From Fimicolochytrium jonesii (taxonomy: Eukaryota), in contig NW_026515677.1 of assembly GCF_025526975.1 (NCBI RefSeq), positions 372,001-436,000 of the forward strand: a stretch of 64,000 bases of DNA. Reading direction: 5' to 3'. The notes beneath the pieces are model-generated. The model was not told the origin of the DNA and made no database searches. It worked only from the letters and a program-made list of their open reading frames with translations. This document shows positions 9,180-24,519 of this stretch, in pieces; position 1 is the stretch's first letter; each line of letters begins with the position of its first letter. The translations under genes and the position numbers were made by a program.

Positions 9180-10819
9180 ATGTCTGAAGAACACCTGGTG
9201 CGTTTTCTCCAACTCCGTGTTAATATTTTCGGCAGGGGGCATAGAGACGCGATGATGCGGGATGGCATTGCGCGATGATGAGACTAGCGTGCGAGCAACG
9301 AGTGGAACGTAAAACAAGCAGGCTTGGAGGATGGGACCCATCTACCCTAGCTCGGGGTGTCATAGGACCGTGGGAATTTCGAGCCTGGGAACGCGTTAAA
9401 GACAGATGGTCCAACAGCGAGATTGGAAGCAATCACAGCCTATAAAGTGACTCCCGGCAGCGACGTGGACTTCGGGGACGCTGTGGAAGACAGAAAACAA
9501 AGGAGGGAGTTGCGGGACTAGTGAACAGCGTCTGCTATGGGGACGAAATCTTGACTAGTGGGAACAAGGAATTCATTTTTAACGATCGCCCGTATGTCGA
9601 ATTCATAGGAAGGAAATACCGGTGCCGAGGAGGAGGTTGCCCCCTCCGTGGACGTGCATTTTGAGCCCGTCATGAAGCTGGAGCAGCTCGATGAGATTAA
9701 GACTGGGGAGGAAGATGATGAGGCGCTCTTCAAGATGTGAGTTTGGACATCCCCTCGTCAGACTGATGAGTTGCAGGACGGTTGGAAGTTGGGAAATGCA
9801 AACGAAGCAGAATTGGCAGCGGCGGTATTGGAGTTATGCGAGACGAGGGCTTCACCGTCGGGTTTGCATCGGGGCATCGCCTATCCAGAATGTGACATAG
9901 GATGCTTGCCCAATACGTGAGCACGAAGGGACTGGGAGTGAATGGGACCGGGGGAGAGACCTCGCAGCAATGGGACAGAGCACATGCAAAAGTCAACTCG
10001 ATAAGAGCACGATATTGATGGACAATGAATTCGCAAAATCTAGGCGCTCGAAACTCTTCCGATTCGACAAGGGCCTGAACGAGTGGAAGGAGCGTGGAAC
10101 CGGTGACGTGAAGTTGCTGAAGCACAAGGAGAGCCAGAAGATCCGCATCCTGATGCGTCGTGAGAAGACCCACAAGATCTGTGCCAACCACTACAGTGAG
10201 TTTTAACAGTCTGATCATCTCGCTTTGAATTCATCAGAACTGATCTGTCTCTTTTAGTAACATCCGAGATGGAGCTGAAGCCCAACGTCGGCTCCGACAG
10301 GTCCTGGGTGTGGAGCACCCTGGCGGATGTTTCGGAGGGAGACGCCACTCACGAGCTCCTTGCCATCCGTTTTGCGAACTCTGAGAGTGAGTTGTGGGAA
10401 TGATTCTTGAAAGATTGAGGGACTGTCCCTTAACCAATCGAATTTTCCGAAAAGATGCGAACAAGTTCAAGGAGGCTTTCGAGGATGCGCAGAAACACAA
10501 CGCCGGCGTGGGTTCGAAGAGTGCTCCTGCCCACGAGGAGCTCAAGCATGAGGAGCCCAAGCATGAGGAGCCTGCGCCCGCTAAGCACGAGGAGCCCAAG
10601 CATGAGGAGCCTGCGCCCGCTAAGCACGAGGAGCCCGTGAAACACGAGGCACCAGTTGAGGAGCCCAAGCCCGCGCACGAGGAACCGAAGGAGCCTTCTG
10701 CACCTGCTACAGCGGAGCCAGCAGCGCACGAGCCGCACAAGGAAATCGTTGCTGAGGGTGCTCACACTGAGACACCGAAGGCGGAGGGTGCTACGGAGGA
10801 GCACACAAAGGCGGAATAG
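9180..10819 (+). CDS. YRB1: Ran-binding protein 1 (RanBP1), ~5 exons, with KHEEP-repeat C-terminal tail
   Basis: [57 protein letters not shown]|..[23 protein letters not shown]; first exon MSEEHL at 9180 inferred from splice sites. Confidence 0.93.
10544..10695 (+). repeat. Coding tandem repeat ([13 protein letters not shown] x2 plus degenerate copies)
   Basis: AAGCA(T/C)GAGGAGCC units visible in the last YRB1 exon. Confidence 0.85.
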
Positions 10820-11394
10820 CCGATCTCTGCGTCCCACCCCTTTCAATGTTCCCGTTCTCACCCTTTCTTCAACCTCACCCCTTCCCTTCCCATTCCCTAT
10901 TCCCCTCTACATCGGATGTCTATCTTTTGAGTCCTCTCTCATCTGCCTCCCCCCTCTGATTGTTACTTTTGGCTTGAACTCATACACCGTGGGTAATACT
11001 ATGCGCCCGGAATATCTCTCCCCTCTTTCATTCACCCTTTTGGACACATTGACAAATTCTTCGGCCGCACTCATGTACAGTACCTAAGACTGCCTTACCC
11101 GCACATTCGTCCTGACTTGAGTACCGACTCGTCTGCTCCTGCCTCCTTACCCTGCATATTCGCGGGGCGTCGGAGATGGCGCGTTATTGTGGAGCTTACG
11201 TGACCTCCCCTGAACTTTGTACGCCAACCGCCGAAAGCCCCGTTTTGACAGCCACGCGTAACTCGTCTCCCAACCTTGTTCATCAGGTGCCTGACCAGTC
11301 GATTTCCAAACTCTTCACACGTCCGTTCACCTGCAACAACTCGACCGAAAGAAAACCATCCACTATCTCATATCAAAACTCGTACACCCCAACC

Positions 11395-12513
11395 ATGCCC
11401 TTCCCCGAGCCCGTGAGACTAGAGGACGAGACCGAGGAGGAGAGGCGTTTACGGCAGGTGAGACGACAGAGGAGCAGTCCTGTCAGCTGTGTGACAGGGG
11501 TTTGTTTACGTGTTTTTTTTCCTTTGATTAGGAAAACCGAGAGCGGGTGACTCGTTTGGAGACTGAGGCGGTGAGGACGGCGAATGAGGAGATTACTGCA
11601 GCTGAGGCTCAGGTATGGATTGATCAACGCAACGTTGGGGTTGGGGAGGCGCCCTCTTTGCTGTGTTGCACCTATACACTGGCTAGCCTTCGCGCAAAGG
11701 GCCTGATGATTGACCCTGATTGCAAAACTCCACAGGTAGACGCCTCGCGCAAATTGGCTGCCAAGGAAGCCGACCGTCAGATGGAAGCCGAGCGACAGAG
11801 ACGGATTGTGGAGGCTGAGAAGGGTAGTATCCAGGAAGAGCTGTTGAAGAAGCAGAATATTGAGAAGGCTATTGCGGTGAGTAACGAAAAGATGGGGTAT
11901 TTGTGGGAAAGTGTCCGTGTGAGGAGATGGGAGTGAGGACGAAATCTTCTGGGGAACGAATGGAGAGTTAGCTGATGCTCCAGTCGCTGATCCAATGAAT
12001 CTCCCCTTATTTGGCGCACGCGTGCACAGTTGGAAGAGCAAGAACAACGCCGCCGAGTCTTGGAAACCAACCAGTCCGAGGAAATCGGCCTGGCGATACG
12101 CCGAACGTGCGGAAAGGCCGTTGATGAGTGGGCAGATCAAGAGAAGTGCGTACAAATCGCTTCAAGTACCACAATCCCGCTGTGAACACCACCTAACCAC
12201 CCTATAATCTCCCTCGTACAGAGCACGCCGTAGCATTGAAGATCTCTCATCCCTCCCCGCCGCCACACGGACCCAAAAAGAGCAAATAGGGCAGGAAGTC
12301 GTGCGGGAGGTGCAGCGACGCCGGTCTTCGGCTTCTGAGCGTGCTAATCCACAGCAGCAGCAGCAGCAGCAGCAAGGATCTGCGTATACGTATGGAGCTG
12401 GAGCGGGCAATGAGAGCCAGATCCCGCGATCGGCTGGGGCTGCTTCGGCGGAGCAGCAGCAGCAGCAGCAGGCGAGGAATGCGCAGGCTGAGGTTAAGGT
12501 TGGAGGGAAGTGA
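11395..12513 (+). CDS. Hypothetical multi-exon coiled-coil protein with poly-Q tail
   Basis: E/R/K-rich exons (MPFPEPVRLEDETEEERRLRQ|..AERQRRIVEAEKG..) joined by GT-AG introns; CAG runs at ~12352 and ~12452. Confidence 0.6.
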
Positions 12514-13020
12514 GGAGGATGAAATGGATTTGTGGACATGCCTTTCCGTCATGAGCATTGCACAGTTGCAGAGAGTATTTGGGGGTGAATGTGGAGTGCA
12601 TCGTTTGCGTGCCATATGTTTTTGGATATAAGGTTGAATCTGAAGTTTAAGAGCCCATCGGGAATTGGTGGGTTGGGACTGCGGGGGAGCGAGCGGGATG
12701 TTCGAGGTGGTTGTGTTGTCATCAGTTTGGCGTGAGTCACTTTGAGCGGTGACGTGTGGCGACTGGAGTTGGCCGCCGCCCACTTGCAGGTTGCAACAAC
12801 TGGAGCTGCCAAGTCTCACCGGCCCATCCCGACTGAACCCCAACGTCTCTTGTCCGCACCATCTGCGTCTGTGCATAGCCGATAGACGTTCGCCGTATTC
12901 TACGACAGCCAGCTGAGTCGGTCGGCAAGCCAGCCGTTTTTCTCCCGATCCACACCTTCAAGCCTCGTTCTTCGACTCCCCGCGTACACCTGGCACAAGT
13001 CATTCCAGCGTCACCCAGCA

Positions 13021-15094
13021 ATGGAAGAAGTCTATATGAGCGAAGAGTACAGCGAGGTCCCCTGGGACACCCCCTCAAATCCCCTAGAAACCCATGTACA
13101 ACACAGTATCATCACGCACTCTGAAAAGGCTCGGTACTCATCCTCATCCCCTTTACAGGCAACGAGCGCTCTGACACCCGACGACGACCCACAAATTGGG
13201 CCATCATCTTCGACCTCCCCCACCCGCCAAACACTCACCACTTTCGGACTCACGGCGAATAACGCCTTGAAGGTTACTGTCACCGATGCACAAAAGCATG
13301 GAGAGGGATCGAGCGCGTTTGTCACCTATGCTATCGACACAAAGGTTGGGCCAGAGATCGTTTTGCTGCTATGTCTGTCGTACTTTTACTGAACTATCGG
13401 TTTCGGTACCTGCAGTCTACACTACCAAGCTTCGCTCGGTCAAATCTTTCAACACGAAGACGGTTCCAGGACTTTGCATGGCTGCATGGAACTCTGAGCG
13501 AGGAATACCCAGCATGCATAATACCACCATTACCGGGAAAGCACCGCATGGGTACGGATAGCGGAGAATTGTCCGAGTAGTAGATGACGTTTACGGATGA
13601 GCGAAGGACTGACGCCGATTGACGGTAGAATACATAACGGGCGACCGCTTCAGCACTGAGTTCATAGAGAAGCGAAGATACTCCCTCCAGACCTACATCA
13701 ACCGGGTGACTCGGCATCCAACACTGCAGAACAGTGCCGCCATCAAGAAGTTCTTGCAACCCGGGGACCTGGTATGCACATACAGTAGCATGAGGAGCGA
13801 TCACCGACGAAAAGCGAAGGCGAAAGCGTTAACATTTCGACTACTTGCAGCAGGGAGCCGATGCAGTAGCAAAGAGGCGGGACAGCCACGTTTTCGAATC
13901 CATCAGCGATGCGATCCTCAACGTCGTGTCGAAAGTCCGGGAACCGGACCCGAAGTTTTTGGAGTACAAGGAGAGCGTGGAGAAGTTTGAGGAGAACCTG
14001 AAGACTGTGGAGCGCCTCAATATCAAACTGCTGAAGGAGCAATCAGGTTAGATCACTGGATGCAGTTTGACGAGGACACTTCGCTGTCTATTTGAGATCC
14101 TGACCATATCATGTGATGTTGCGAACTAGACTTGGAGACGGATACGGCGGATTTACATCGCAGCATCACGACAATGGCATCTATGGAGACGCAAATATCG
14201 GAGCCATTGTCCGAGTTTGGGTCCACGTTACGGGAGATTGCCAAGTTATTGCACGAGAAGGTATGGCTTACCTTTGTGAAAGAGAATTTTCAGTAGCTGC
14301 AAGATATGGAAGCTCACCGAAGCCATTTCGGTACCTCTACGCAGACCTTACGAGAGGATACAGATCTCGTCGGCGAAATCCGCGAATACATCGCATACAG
14401 CCATTCCGTCAAAGTAAGAACAATCATGTCTTTCCATTCCCTCCTCTCCTGTCGCATTTCATCATTGACACTCCCCAACTCTTCATTTTCCCCAGGAAGT
14501 CCTTAAAATCCGCGACCAAAAGCAGATCGACCACGAAGAGCTCGAGCGATACCTCGGCAACCACATCATCGACCGCGAGCGCACGGCACAGGGAAAAGGC
14601 GACGGAGGCATTCTGGGACTGATCAAGGACAAGTACAACGATTTCAGGAACGTCAATCATGAGCAGGCGAGGAAAGCCAAGCTGGAGAGATTGGAGGTCA
14701 AGATCAAGGAGGTAAGGGTTGAAATAGGGATCGCGAGCCTGTAATGGAAGTGGGAAAGATCTGATTTTTCATGGTCGGGGTTATAGCTGAAAGAAGCGGT
14801 CGAACAAAGCACCACGATATCGTCCGCTTTCTCGAACGAGGTCATCAAAGAAATGGATCTGTTCAATGCGGTTAAGATCGACGATTTCAAGGATATTCTG
14901 AGGGATTACACCGAGAGCCAGATGGAGTACTACGAGAAGGTAACGAATGGATGTGTTTGAGGCGGGGGGCCTGGGACACGTACCTGATTTCGTTTTGGTA
15001 GGGAGGAAAACTGTGGGACGCCATCATCCCGATGATAGAAAACATTCAACTTGATAGTGTGGACGGCGTGCGGAAAGGGGAGCATGCGAGCTGA
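13021..15094 (+). CDS. SNX4: Sorting nexin 4 (PX-BAR), multi-exon
   Basis: VTVTDAQKHGEG..FVTYAI, RRRFQDFAWLH..YPACIIPPLPGKHR, YITGDRFSTEFIEKRR..RHPTLQ, RDQKQIDHEEL. Confidence 0.9.
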
Positions 15095-15314
15095 AGGGCT
15101 GGATAGAAATCCTCATGTGTTGTGTCGTTGGCGGGCAAAGCTCTGTAGGGAGACGGCTATTCAACTGGATAGGCTATACACCCGTTCACTGTACATTACT
15201 CCCTCATCTCCTTGTTTCGGAGACTCTTCTGTAACATTGTAAATGAACGAGAGCTTTCCTCCTTTGGCGAAAAGGGACGGAAGTCGCGCGGATCGGAGAC
15301 TTGACTCATCGGAC

Positions 15315-16877
15315 ATGTTGCGCTCGCGTATTTTCCGCCCTCCGTAAAACTCCCTCCCACTCCCCATCACTGATCGCCCCCGAATACAAAGACAACCACC
15401 CTCCCCGAATCCCACAGCTCATATCCCATCCGCTCCAGGTATCTCCTCCACTCACCACATGTCCCTCCTCCAAGAAACCTCCCGGATACGCGCGCACGCA
15501 CGAACTCTCGCCGAATTCATACGCCGCGGTGAGGGCAAGCTAGCTATTCTGACGGGGGCGGGGATATCGACCGATAGCGGCGTGCCGGATTATAGAGGGC
15601 CGACGGGCATTTATGTGCGGAATAAGGTGTGTTTTGCAGGAGGTGGGAAGGGGAGGTGGGGCGGGGACATTTTGAGGGTGGGGAGGGGAATGAGATGGGA
15701 TGGGTTGGGGATGGCGAGGCTGGCAGCTGAGGTGTCTGGGGTGTCTGGGGCGAGGAAGGCCGAGATGCATGGTTGGTTCGCTCTGGCTCTGGGTGGGAGC
15801 GAGTTCCGCGCCGCAGGCGCAACTCTAGATCCAGCGAGCGAGGCGAGCAGTCATTGCGAGCGACAGCATGCGGTCGTGGATTCCAGACGATTGAAGCGAT
15901 AGGACAGGACTCCTACGCGTCCGTTCGGGACATCTCTAGCAGGTTTCGCTTCGGACGGGACTTGCCAAACTCACTAAAATCTTATCACAGGACTACCGCC
16001 CCATCCGCTTCCAGGAGTTCATCTCCTCGCACCCCACCCGGCAACGCTACTGGAGCAGATCATACCTGGGCTACCCGCGCATCGTGAAAGCGCGGCCAAA
16101 TACCGCACATTACGCCGTCGAGGCGTTGCGGAAGAAGGGGTGGGTGAGCGGGCTGATCACGCAGAATGTGGATGGGCTGCATTTGGGGGAGAAGATCGAG
16201 CTGCATGGGACGCTGGTATGGTACTTTTTGCGCGTGTGGACGTGTTTGCAATCGTTTCGTTGAAGATGTGAATTAACGAACCCCCGTCCACTTTGCTAGC
16301 ACGAAGTCCACTGCCTATCCTGCCAGCACACAGTCCGGCGGTCCGAGTTCCAACAAACCGTCGCAGACATGAACCCAGAACTGGTAGAATGGGCGCGGCG
16401 GAATCCCAACGCGGAGAGCGGCGACGTGGCCAGCTCGACTGAAGTGAGACCGGATGGAGACGTCGAGACCTCGTGGGACTACTCGCGGTTCCATTATCCG
16501 GACTGCGAGGGGTGTGGGAAGGGGATGTACAAGCCCAGGTACGTTCGACCCCCTCCTGACCATCCCCCGTATCGTGAAACCTGAACTAACACCACATCCC
16601 ATCACACAGCGTAGTCTTCTTTGGCGAAAACATCCGCCAGCAAATAAGAGACCAATCCTTCGACCTCATCGACGCATCCCGCGCCCTGCTCTGCATCGGC
16701 ACATCGCTACAGGTCTACTCGGCATTTCGCCTCGCCCAGCGCGCTAAACTCGCCGGCCAGCCCTGCGCGACGCTATCGCTGGGAACATCGAGGGCGGATG
16801 AGCTGATGGATGCGAAGATACAGGATGGGTGTGGGGAGGTGCTGGAGGCTGTTTGTGGGGAGTTGGGAGCGAGTTAG
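15315..16877 (+). CDS. Sir2-family NAD-dependent deacylase, SIRT4-like (class II)
   Basis: [67 protein letters not shown]. Start is either 15315 (short Arg-rich exon) or 15459. Confidence 0.9.
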
Positions 16878-17417
16878 AGATGGTGGTGGTGAGGAATGCG
16901 CACGGGCACACGGCGACGGTTTTTGGCAACCCTCAACACCGGGAGAGGCTTTTTTGGCATGTATCCCCGTCACCACAACGCCCCCCCATCATCTGACATA
17001 GAGTAGCTTGGTTATAGACCCTCACAGATTACAAAACTGGATCTTATCTTGTAGTTTACAATCCCGATTCAGCATTAGAACAACCCAAAATATTTTTATG
17101 TGACTATGACTATCTGCCTAGCGTAGAGGGGGAGGGGGAGGGGATACTAACGTAGTTTTCCCAAAAATTACAAGAACCAAAGTCATTTGATGAGCAAAGG
17201 TCGATGACAATGTACGCTGGGGAACAAAGAAAAAAAAATGTTCAGAATGAAAAACAACAAAAGCAAAATGAGAAAAACGGGGGGGAGGGGGGGCAAATAT
17301 CAACAATGAAAAATGAATAACAGGCCCAAAGGGGGGAGTGGGGGACGAGGTCTGTGTGCTCCGGCCGCGACCAGTTCGTCGATGGGGTGTGAGTGGGAGG
17401 GTGTAATACGCCGCGTT

Positions 17418-19565
17418 TTAATTCCTCAAAGAGTCCTTCGAACTCTTCAACCTTAAGAGCTTGCCAAACTTCTTCCCCAGACTTCCTCCCTCCCTCGGCG
17501 GGTCCGGTCGAAACGGCGAGCTCGAGTCATCCCACGTATCCGAGCTCCCGCCCCTCGTCGGGCGTGCGCTCTCGTTGCTTCTGCGGCCTTTGAAGGTGTG
17601 GCGGAAGTCGAGGCAGTTGGGTTCGGTGGAGTCGCGCGGGGGTGGGTAGGAAGGGGAGCTGGGGTGGTGCAGGTCTTCGTCTTCTGCTAGGGGGGTGAGA
17701 TGTTGGGGTGGGCGGCGCGGTTGGTGGCGTTGGTCGCGGAAGGCGGAGCCGTGAATGCGGAGGGTGGGTGGGTGTCGCATATTTGCGGGGCCGAGGTCGC
17801 TGTCTTCGGGGCTGTTGAGTTCGGTGTCGGAGTTGTCTGAGGGGGCGTATTCTGGTGTGATGAAGGCGGCGTTGTCCATGCGGTAGAGCCCCGTGGGGTC
17901 GGTTGGGGAGGTCTGTTGCTGGGTGTGGCGGTAAGTGGGGCGGTGCACGGAGGACAGGGCGGGGCGAGAGCGGCCGGTGGAGGAGGAGGAGCTGCCGCCT
18001 TTGTCGTGGTCGTCGTCGTCGTTGGAGGAGGAGTAGCGGTTGTAGTTTCGCTCTGGGCGTGGGTCTGTGTACTCGTATTCGCCTTCATCGTCGTCCAATG
18101 GCTCATCGCTTTCTCCCTCTTCTTCCTCCTCCTCTTCTTCCTCTTCTGAGTTTCCATCGAGCGCAGCGTTCAACGCGCGCCAGATCTCTTTCGTCGTGGC
18201 TTCTCTGCTTTCTGTATTATCCAGCCGTCCGCAAGCCTCCTCTAACGCGAGTCGCAACCTATCTTTCACGTCCTCGCGCCGTATGGTGCTTTCGTCAAAG
18301 CTCACTTTCTTAGTGAGACTCCCTGAATGCCCTGTCGAATGCTGGTTACCACGTCCGTGATGGTTGCCACTGCGACGGTTTTGCTGCTGTGGTTGCTTCT
18401 TGCGTGATCTACTTGGGTGTGATGGTGCGGGCATACTCGCCCCGCCCGCACCGCCACTGCTGCTATTGTTGCTATGCTGTTCCATATGTTTCAGCAATTC
18501 CAGCGACCCACGCACGATAGTGTCCGTCCGCTGCGACGCCCGATGTAACGGCACTTCGCCAATAGCCCCGCCCAGCGCGCCAGTGACCGAGTGCACGATG
18601 CGTTGCACTTTTCTTTCTGCGGCTGCCAGAGCCGCCTCTAGAGCCAACCGTTTGGCTTCCCATTCTGCTTCCCGCTCTGCCATGACGTAGAAAAACGCCT
18701 CCGAGGCCAACATCCGCACCGCTTCGTCCCGCATCGATAACTTGGATGAGGACGTGTTGGACGAGTCGGGAGAGTCTCCTTTCCCTTTTGCTCGTCTCCG
18801 CTTCTCCTGGCCTCGTGCGGCCAGCGTCACCGGTAATCTCCCCGCCCGCCGCCTAATCAACAGTCGAAAAGCGTCCCAGTCCCGCACATCTGCCAAAAAC
18901 GCCGATAACGCCATAGTGTTGCCGGCCAGCCTGGTTGCCATATGCCCCGTCACATCCTGCTCTGGGTCTTTCGCCGCCGCTTCTGTAAACTCTTCGCCAA
19001 AGACACACCAGACGAATTCAGCGAAGCTGAGCTCTTCGGGTGATACGTCGTCCCAGAACGCTTTGAGGGTCGTCAGCGCTTCCCTCGTTTTGTCTGCCGA
19101 CTCGGCGATATCTGCTGCGTCGTCGCCTACAGCCCACTCTACTCGTCGGTCCCCTTCGTACCCTGGCAGAGCCCCTCGTTTCGGCAGGGAGATGGTTATC
19201 TGCAGATAGTAGAACTTTTTCCGTCGTTTGGCAGGTTTCGGGGATGCTGTTGCTGTGGCTGATCGAAGAGCGGCAATGTTGCTGTTGACAGCTGACAATG
19301 GTGTTGACTGCGAGGACGACTCCTCTCCCGTCGTGCGAGGTGCCTCTTCCCTCGTTGGCTGCTGCTGTGAATGAGCGGGCGCATTATCTGGTTCTGCTGC
19401 CGACGCTGCCAGTGGTGAGCGGGGTGCATTCTCGCCGACGCCATTTGCGACTGCGCCGTCACGCAATGAAGGGAGATAACCTTCAACGTCTAAGCCCGAG
19501 TCCTCCTTTCCTGGGCCGGTCGCTGATGCCAAGGATATTTTGGAGTCTCGTTCGGTTTCTGCCAT
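17418..19565 (-). CDS. Hypothetical 715-aa protein, largely low-complexity
   Basis: Long ATG-initiated single ORF; no recognised domain. Confidence 0.7.
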   Translation of the reverse strand: MAETERDSKISLASATGPGKEDSGLDVEGYLPSLRDGAVANGVGENAPRSPLAASAAEPDNAPAHSQQQPTREEAPRTTGEESSSQSTPLSAVNSNIAALRSATATASPKPAKRRKKFYYLQITISLPKRGALPGYEGDRRVEWAVGDDAADIAESADKTREALTTLKAFWDDVSPEELSFAEFVWCVFGEEFTEAAAKDPEQDVTGHMATRLAGNTMALSAFLADVRDWDAFRLLIRRRAGRLPVTLAARGQEKRRRAKGKGDSPDSSNTSSSKLSMRDEAVRMLASEAFFYVMAEREAEWEAKRLALEAALAAAERKVQRIVHSVTGALGGAIGEVPLHRASQRTDTIVRGSLELLKHMEQHSNNSSSGGAGGASMPAPSHPSRSRKKQPQQQNRRSGNHHGRGNQHSTGHSGSLTKKVSFDESTIRREDVKDRLRLALEEACGRLDNTESREATTKEIWRALNAALDGNSEEEEEEEEEEGESDEPLDDDEGEYEYTDPRPERNYNRYSSSNDDDDHDKGGSSSSSTGRSRPALSSVHRPTYRHTQQQTSPTDPTGLYRMDNAAFITPEYAPSDNSDTELNSPEDSDLGPANMRHPPTLRIHGSAFRDQRHQPRRPPQHLTPLAEDEDLHHPSSPSYPPPRDSTEPNCLDFRHTFKGRRSNESARPTRGGSSDTWDDSSSPFRPDPPREGGSLGKKFGKLLRLKSSKDSLRN

Positions 19566-20736
19566 GGTTGAGGTTCCTATAAATATTGAGGTGTGACGAT
19601 AGGCTATTTCGGCAGTTCCTGGCCGGGCGTACAGCGTTATGCGGGTGTTGGGCAGGGCTCGCCTGGAGACACGGGAGAGACTCCGAGAGGCGCGGACGGC
19701 GGGAGCGCTGCAACTCTCTCGTCGCTGGCTGTCGGGCTGACCTTCGACAGGCTCACAGCAGATACAGTACTAGTAGGAGAGTCAACGGGTAGGTGTACTG
19801 ACTGGGACGCCCGTCACGACACTCCTGTTTACGTATGGTGTGTGTAGGTTACGAAAATGAAAAAAAGCGGGAAGCGCTCGGCGGTCGGTGGGCGCGGAAA
19901 GAGACGGCTGTCGAAGAAGCTTCTTGTCCTTGTCCCGACTCCCATGTCCATCCACACCATCATCATCCATGGGAGGGAAAAGGGACAACATTCAATATAT
20001 TCCCTCGCACTTACCACCTGCCACAAGTCACAATAACAACATTACACTTGGTGAGAAGATCATCGCATCAATTATTACGGTCCTCTTCATCCCCATCATC
20101 ATCGTACTATTGCGTCGCATTTGTCTCGCCCTCCCTTCAACCGGAAGCCAGACACATCTGTGTTCCCCCCCCCCCGAGTCCCAAAGTAGCCGATCCACCG
20201 CAGGGATTGACGACGAGTGCAGCACAGGAGGACGCCGCGGAACCGGTATCATCCTAGTGCGAGGCTTGGTGACACGAACGCTAAAGCGCGTGCGAAACAC
20301 TTTAGATCACGTGACTTGCTTGTTTGAGGTCTGTCCGAAACCGACAAAGGGTCCAGAGATTCACGGGTGTCCGAAACTTGGGGTGGCTTTGGGTGTGGCT
20401 TGCGCGACATGACTCGTCGTGTTGAACGACAGAGACTGGGGCAAACCGAGGGGGGAGTGTGGGGGCAAGGCACGAGCGGACATGTTTTTTTTCTTCGATG
20501 CCGGATCCCCCCCCAGGGATCGCTCTCTGATTAGACGCAGTCCGCCCCAAACAACGCGTGGTCCTAAACCCAACATGATTAGGACGCCCAGCTTCTGGCT
20601 GCTTGTTTGGAGAGCGGAACAATGCTGTGCCGGTGGGACTCCTGGACTGGCTCAGCCGGCTGCTGGTGGCCGATCCGCAGAACCCCCAGAAGCATAAATA
20701 CCACGGACTGCCTTCTCCCGCCCCCCTCCTCTCTAG

Positions 20737-22266
<1,530 letters not shown>

Positions 22267-22658
22267 AGTATCCATCCCCCCTCACTTATTCCACCACAAT
22301 CCCCATGACCTTATAAAAGCGTAGAATTAGGACCGGTATCCTTCTTGTACATGTATATTATGTTCCCGTGGCTACTCAGCTGCAACAATTTTATTTAGTG
22401 ACTGCCGGTTTTGCAAACACTGGGCCTCTTGATGAATTTTCAGTTTCTGGCGGTTGTGGCGGTTTGAGAGATGTCCAACTTTTCTCCTAATTGGCATGGT
22501 TCCGGACATGTCTGTCACCTGCGACTTTCTTCCGCACAGTTTCAGGAATGCTGAAGGCACTTCTTGCACACCAGTGTAGAGCCCCTCGATCCCGAACCCT
22601 GCGCATCTCCCCGCAATCCACTTCATTCTCCTTCACCTCTCACCAACTCCAAGGGAAG

Positions 22659-24519
22659 ATGTCATCCTCAACCCCACCTCGCCGCTCCACCCGCACCCGT
22701 AAACCACCCCTCACCGATGATGCCCCCACAAAAACCATGTCCCAATCCATAACAACAACAACAAATAAGTTCACAAAACAATCTCCTAATGCATCCGTAA
22801 CAGAAGCAGTAGCGGAACTGAAAGCGAAAGTGGTGGTGTTAGAGCAGGGCGACGCGGCGGGGGCCGAGACGGAGGCGGTGGTGGCGGAAAAAGTGGTGGT
22901 GAAGAGGAAGCGAGCGGCTGCAAAGGTCAAGACGGAGGTGGGTGTCAAGAAAGCGAAGGTGGAGGATAGCGACGGGGCGGAGGGAGGGGATGGCGAGGCC
23001 GCACCGACTAAAGCACGTGGAGGACGGCCATCGAAAGCGGTGCTGAAGAAAGAGGATACGCAGATGTTTGCCGAAGCTGAGGCGGTTGAAGAAGATGGAG
23101 GAGGAGGAGAAGACGAAGAAGAACCCGCGGCCGCTCCGAAAACAGCAAAACGCAAACCAGCCGCGCGGAAGACCAAAAAGGCCGTCCCTGACCCCGACGC
23201 CGACTCGGCCGAAGAGGACGAGAAACCAGCAGCAAGGAAGAAAGCAGCAAAGAAAAAGGACGAGGATGCGCCGATCGATGTCCCTGAAGAGTTTGATACG
23301 GCGGCGATGTGGGAGCGGGCGCATCGGTGTGGGAAGTATGTTGGGGCGCATGTTTCGGCTGCTGGGGGCGCCTGGAATGCGGTTGTTAAGAGTGTGGGGA
23401 TTGGGTAGGTACAATGTTTTATTGGTTTCGGTGGGGGTGCTCGGGGAGTGGGGGTCCAATCTACCCAGTGCTTCGTGGCACTGTCCAGTAACATCGCCTC
23501 ACCACACGCATCTTACCCACTCTCGCAAATCCCCCAGCGGCACCGCCTTCGCCCTCTTCGTCAAAAACCAACGCCGCTGGACCTCACCCCCCATCGCCGC
23601 CAACCAAATCACAGCCTTCAAAGCCGCCTGCACCGCCGCCAAACTCGACCCACGAAAACATCTCCTCCCACACGGTTCCTACCTGATCAACCTCGCCTCT
23701 GTGGACGCCGACAAGGCCACGCAGGCATTTGACGCGTTTGTGGATGAGTTGAAGAGGTGTGAGGAGTTGGGGATTGGGTTGTATAATTTCCAGTGAGTGC
23801 TTCAAGATTTTCTTCTTTTGTCTTTCCACCATGGTCCATTCATTCTTACGATTTACTCTTCAACCAGCCCCGGGGCAGCCCTAAAAGAACCGCGCGACGA
23901 AGCCATCGCGCGCATCGCCTCGCGCATCAACGCCGCGCACAAACAGACGGAATCGATCGTCATCGTAATTGAGAATATGGCGGGACAGGGCACCGTGATC
24001 GGAAACACGTTTGAGGATCTGAGGGATATCATCGCATTGGTGGAGGATAAAAGGAGGGTGGGGGTTTGTTTGGATACGTGCCATGCTTTTGCTGCTGGTA
24101 TGTACATCCCGCGAGGTGTATGGCTTGGCCTTGGAGTGTGGTAAACCTGACCCACGCAATGTCCCTCCCCTCGCCCATCTCCCCCAGGCTACGACATCCG
24201 CACGCCCGAAACCTACGCCGCCACCCTCTCCACCTTCTCCACCACCGTGGGCCTCCCCTACCTGCGCGCGCTCCACCTCAACGACTCCAAAGAACCGCTT
24301 GGCAGCAAAAAGGACCGGCACGAGAATCTCGGCAAGGGCAAGATCGGGTGGGAGGCGTTCCGGTGCATCATGAACGACGACAGACTGAATGGGCTGCCGA
24401 TGGTGCTCGAGACGCCGAGGGAGGACGGGCCTCAGGGGGATCTGGTGTATAGGAGGGAGGTGGAGTTGTTATATAGTCTGGTTGGGAAGGGGGTGGGTGA
24501 GGTGCCGGATGGGGTGTGA
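22659..24519 (+). CDS. APN1: AP endonuclease (endonuclease IV family) with long basic/acidic N-terminal extension
   Basis: [77 protein letters not shown]. Confidence 0.95.
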
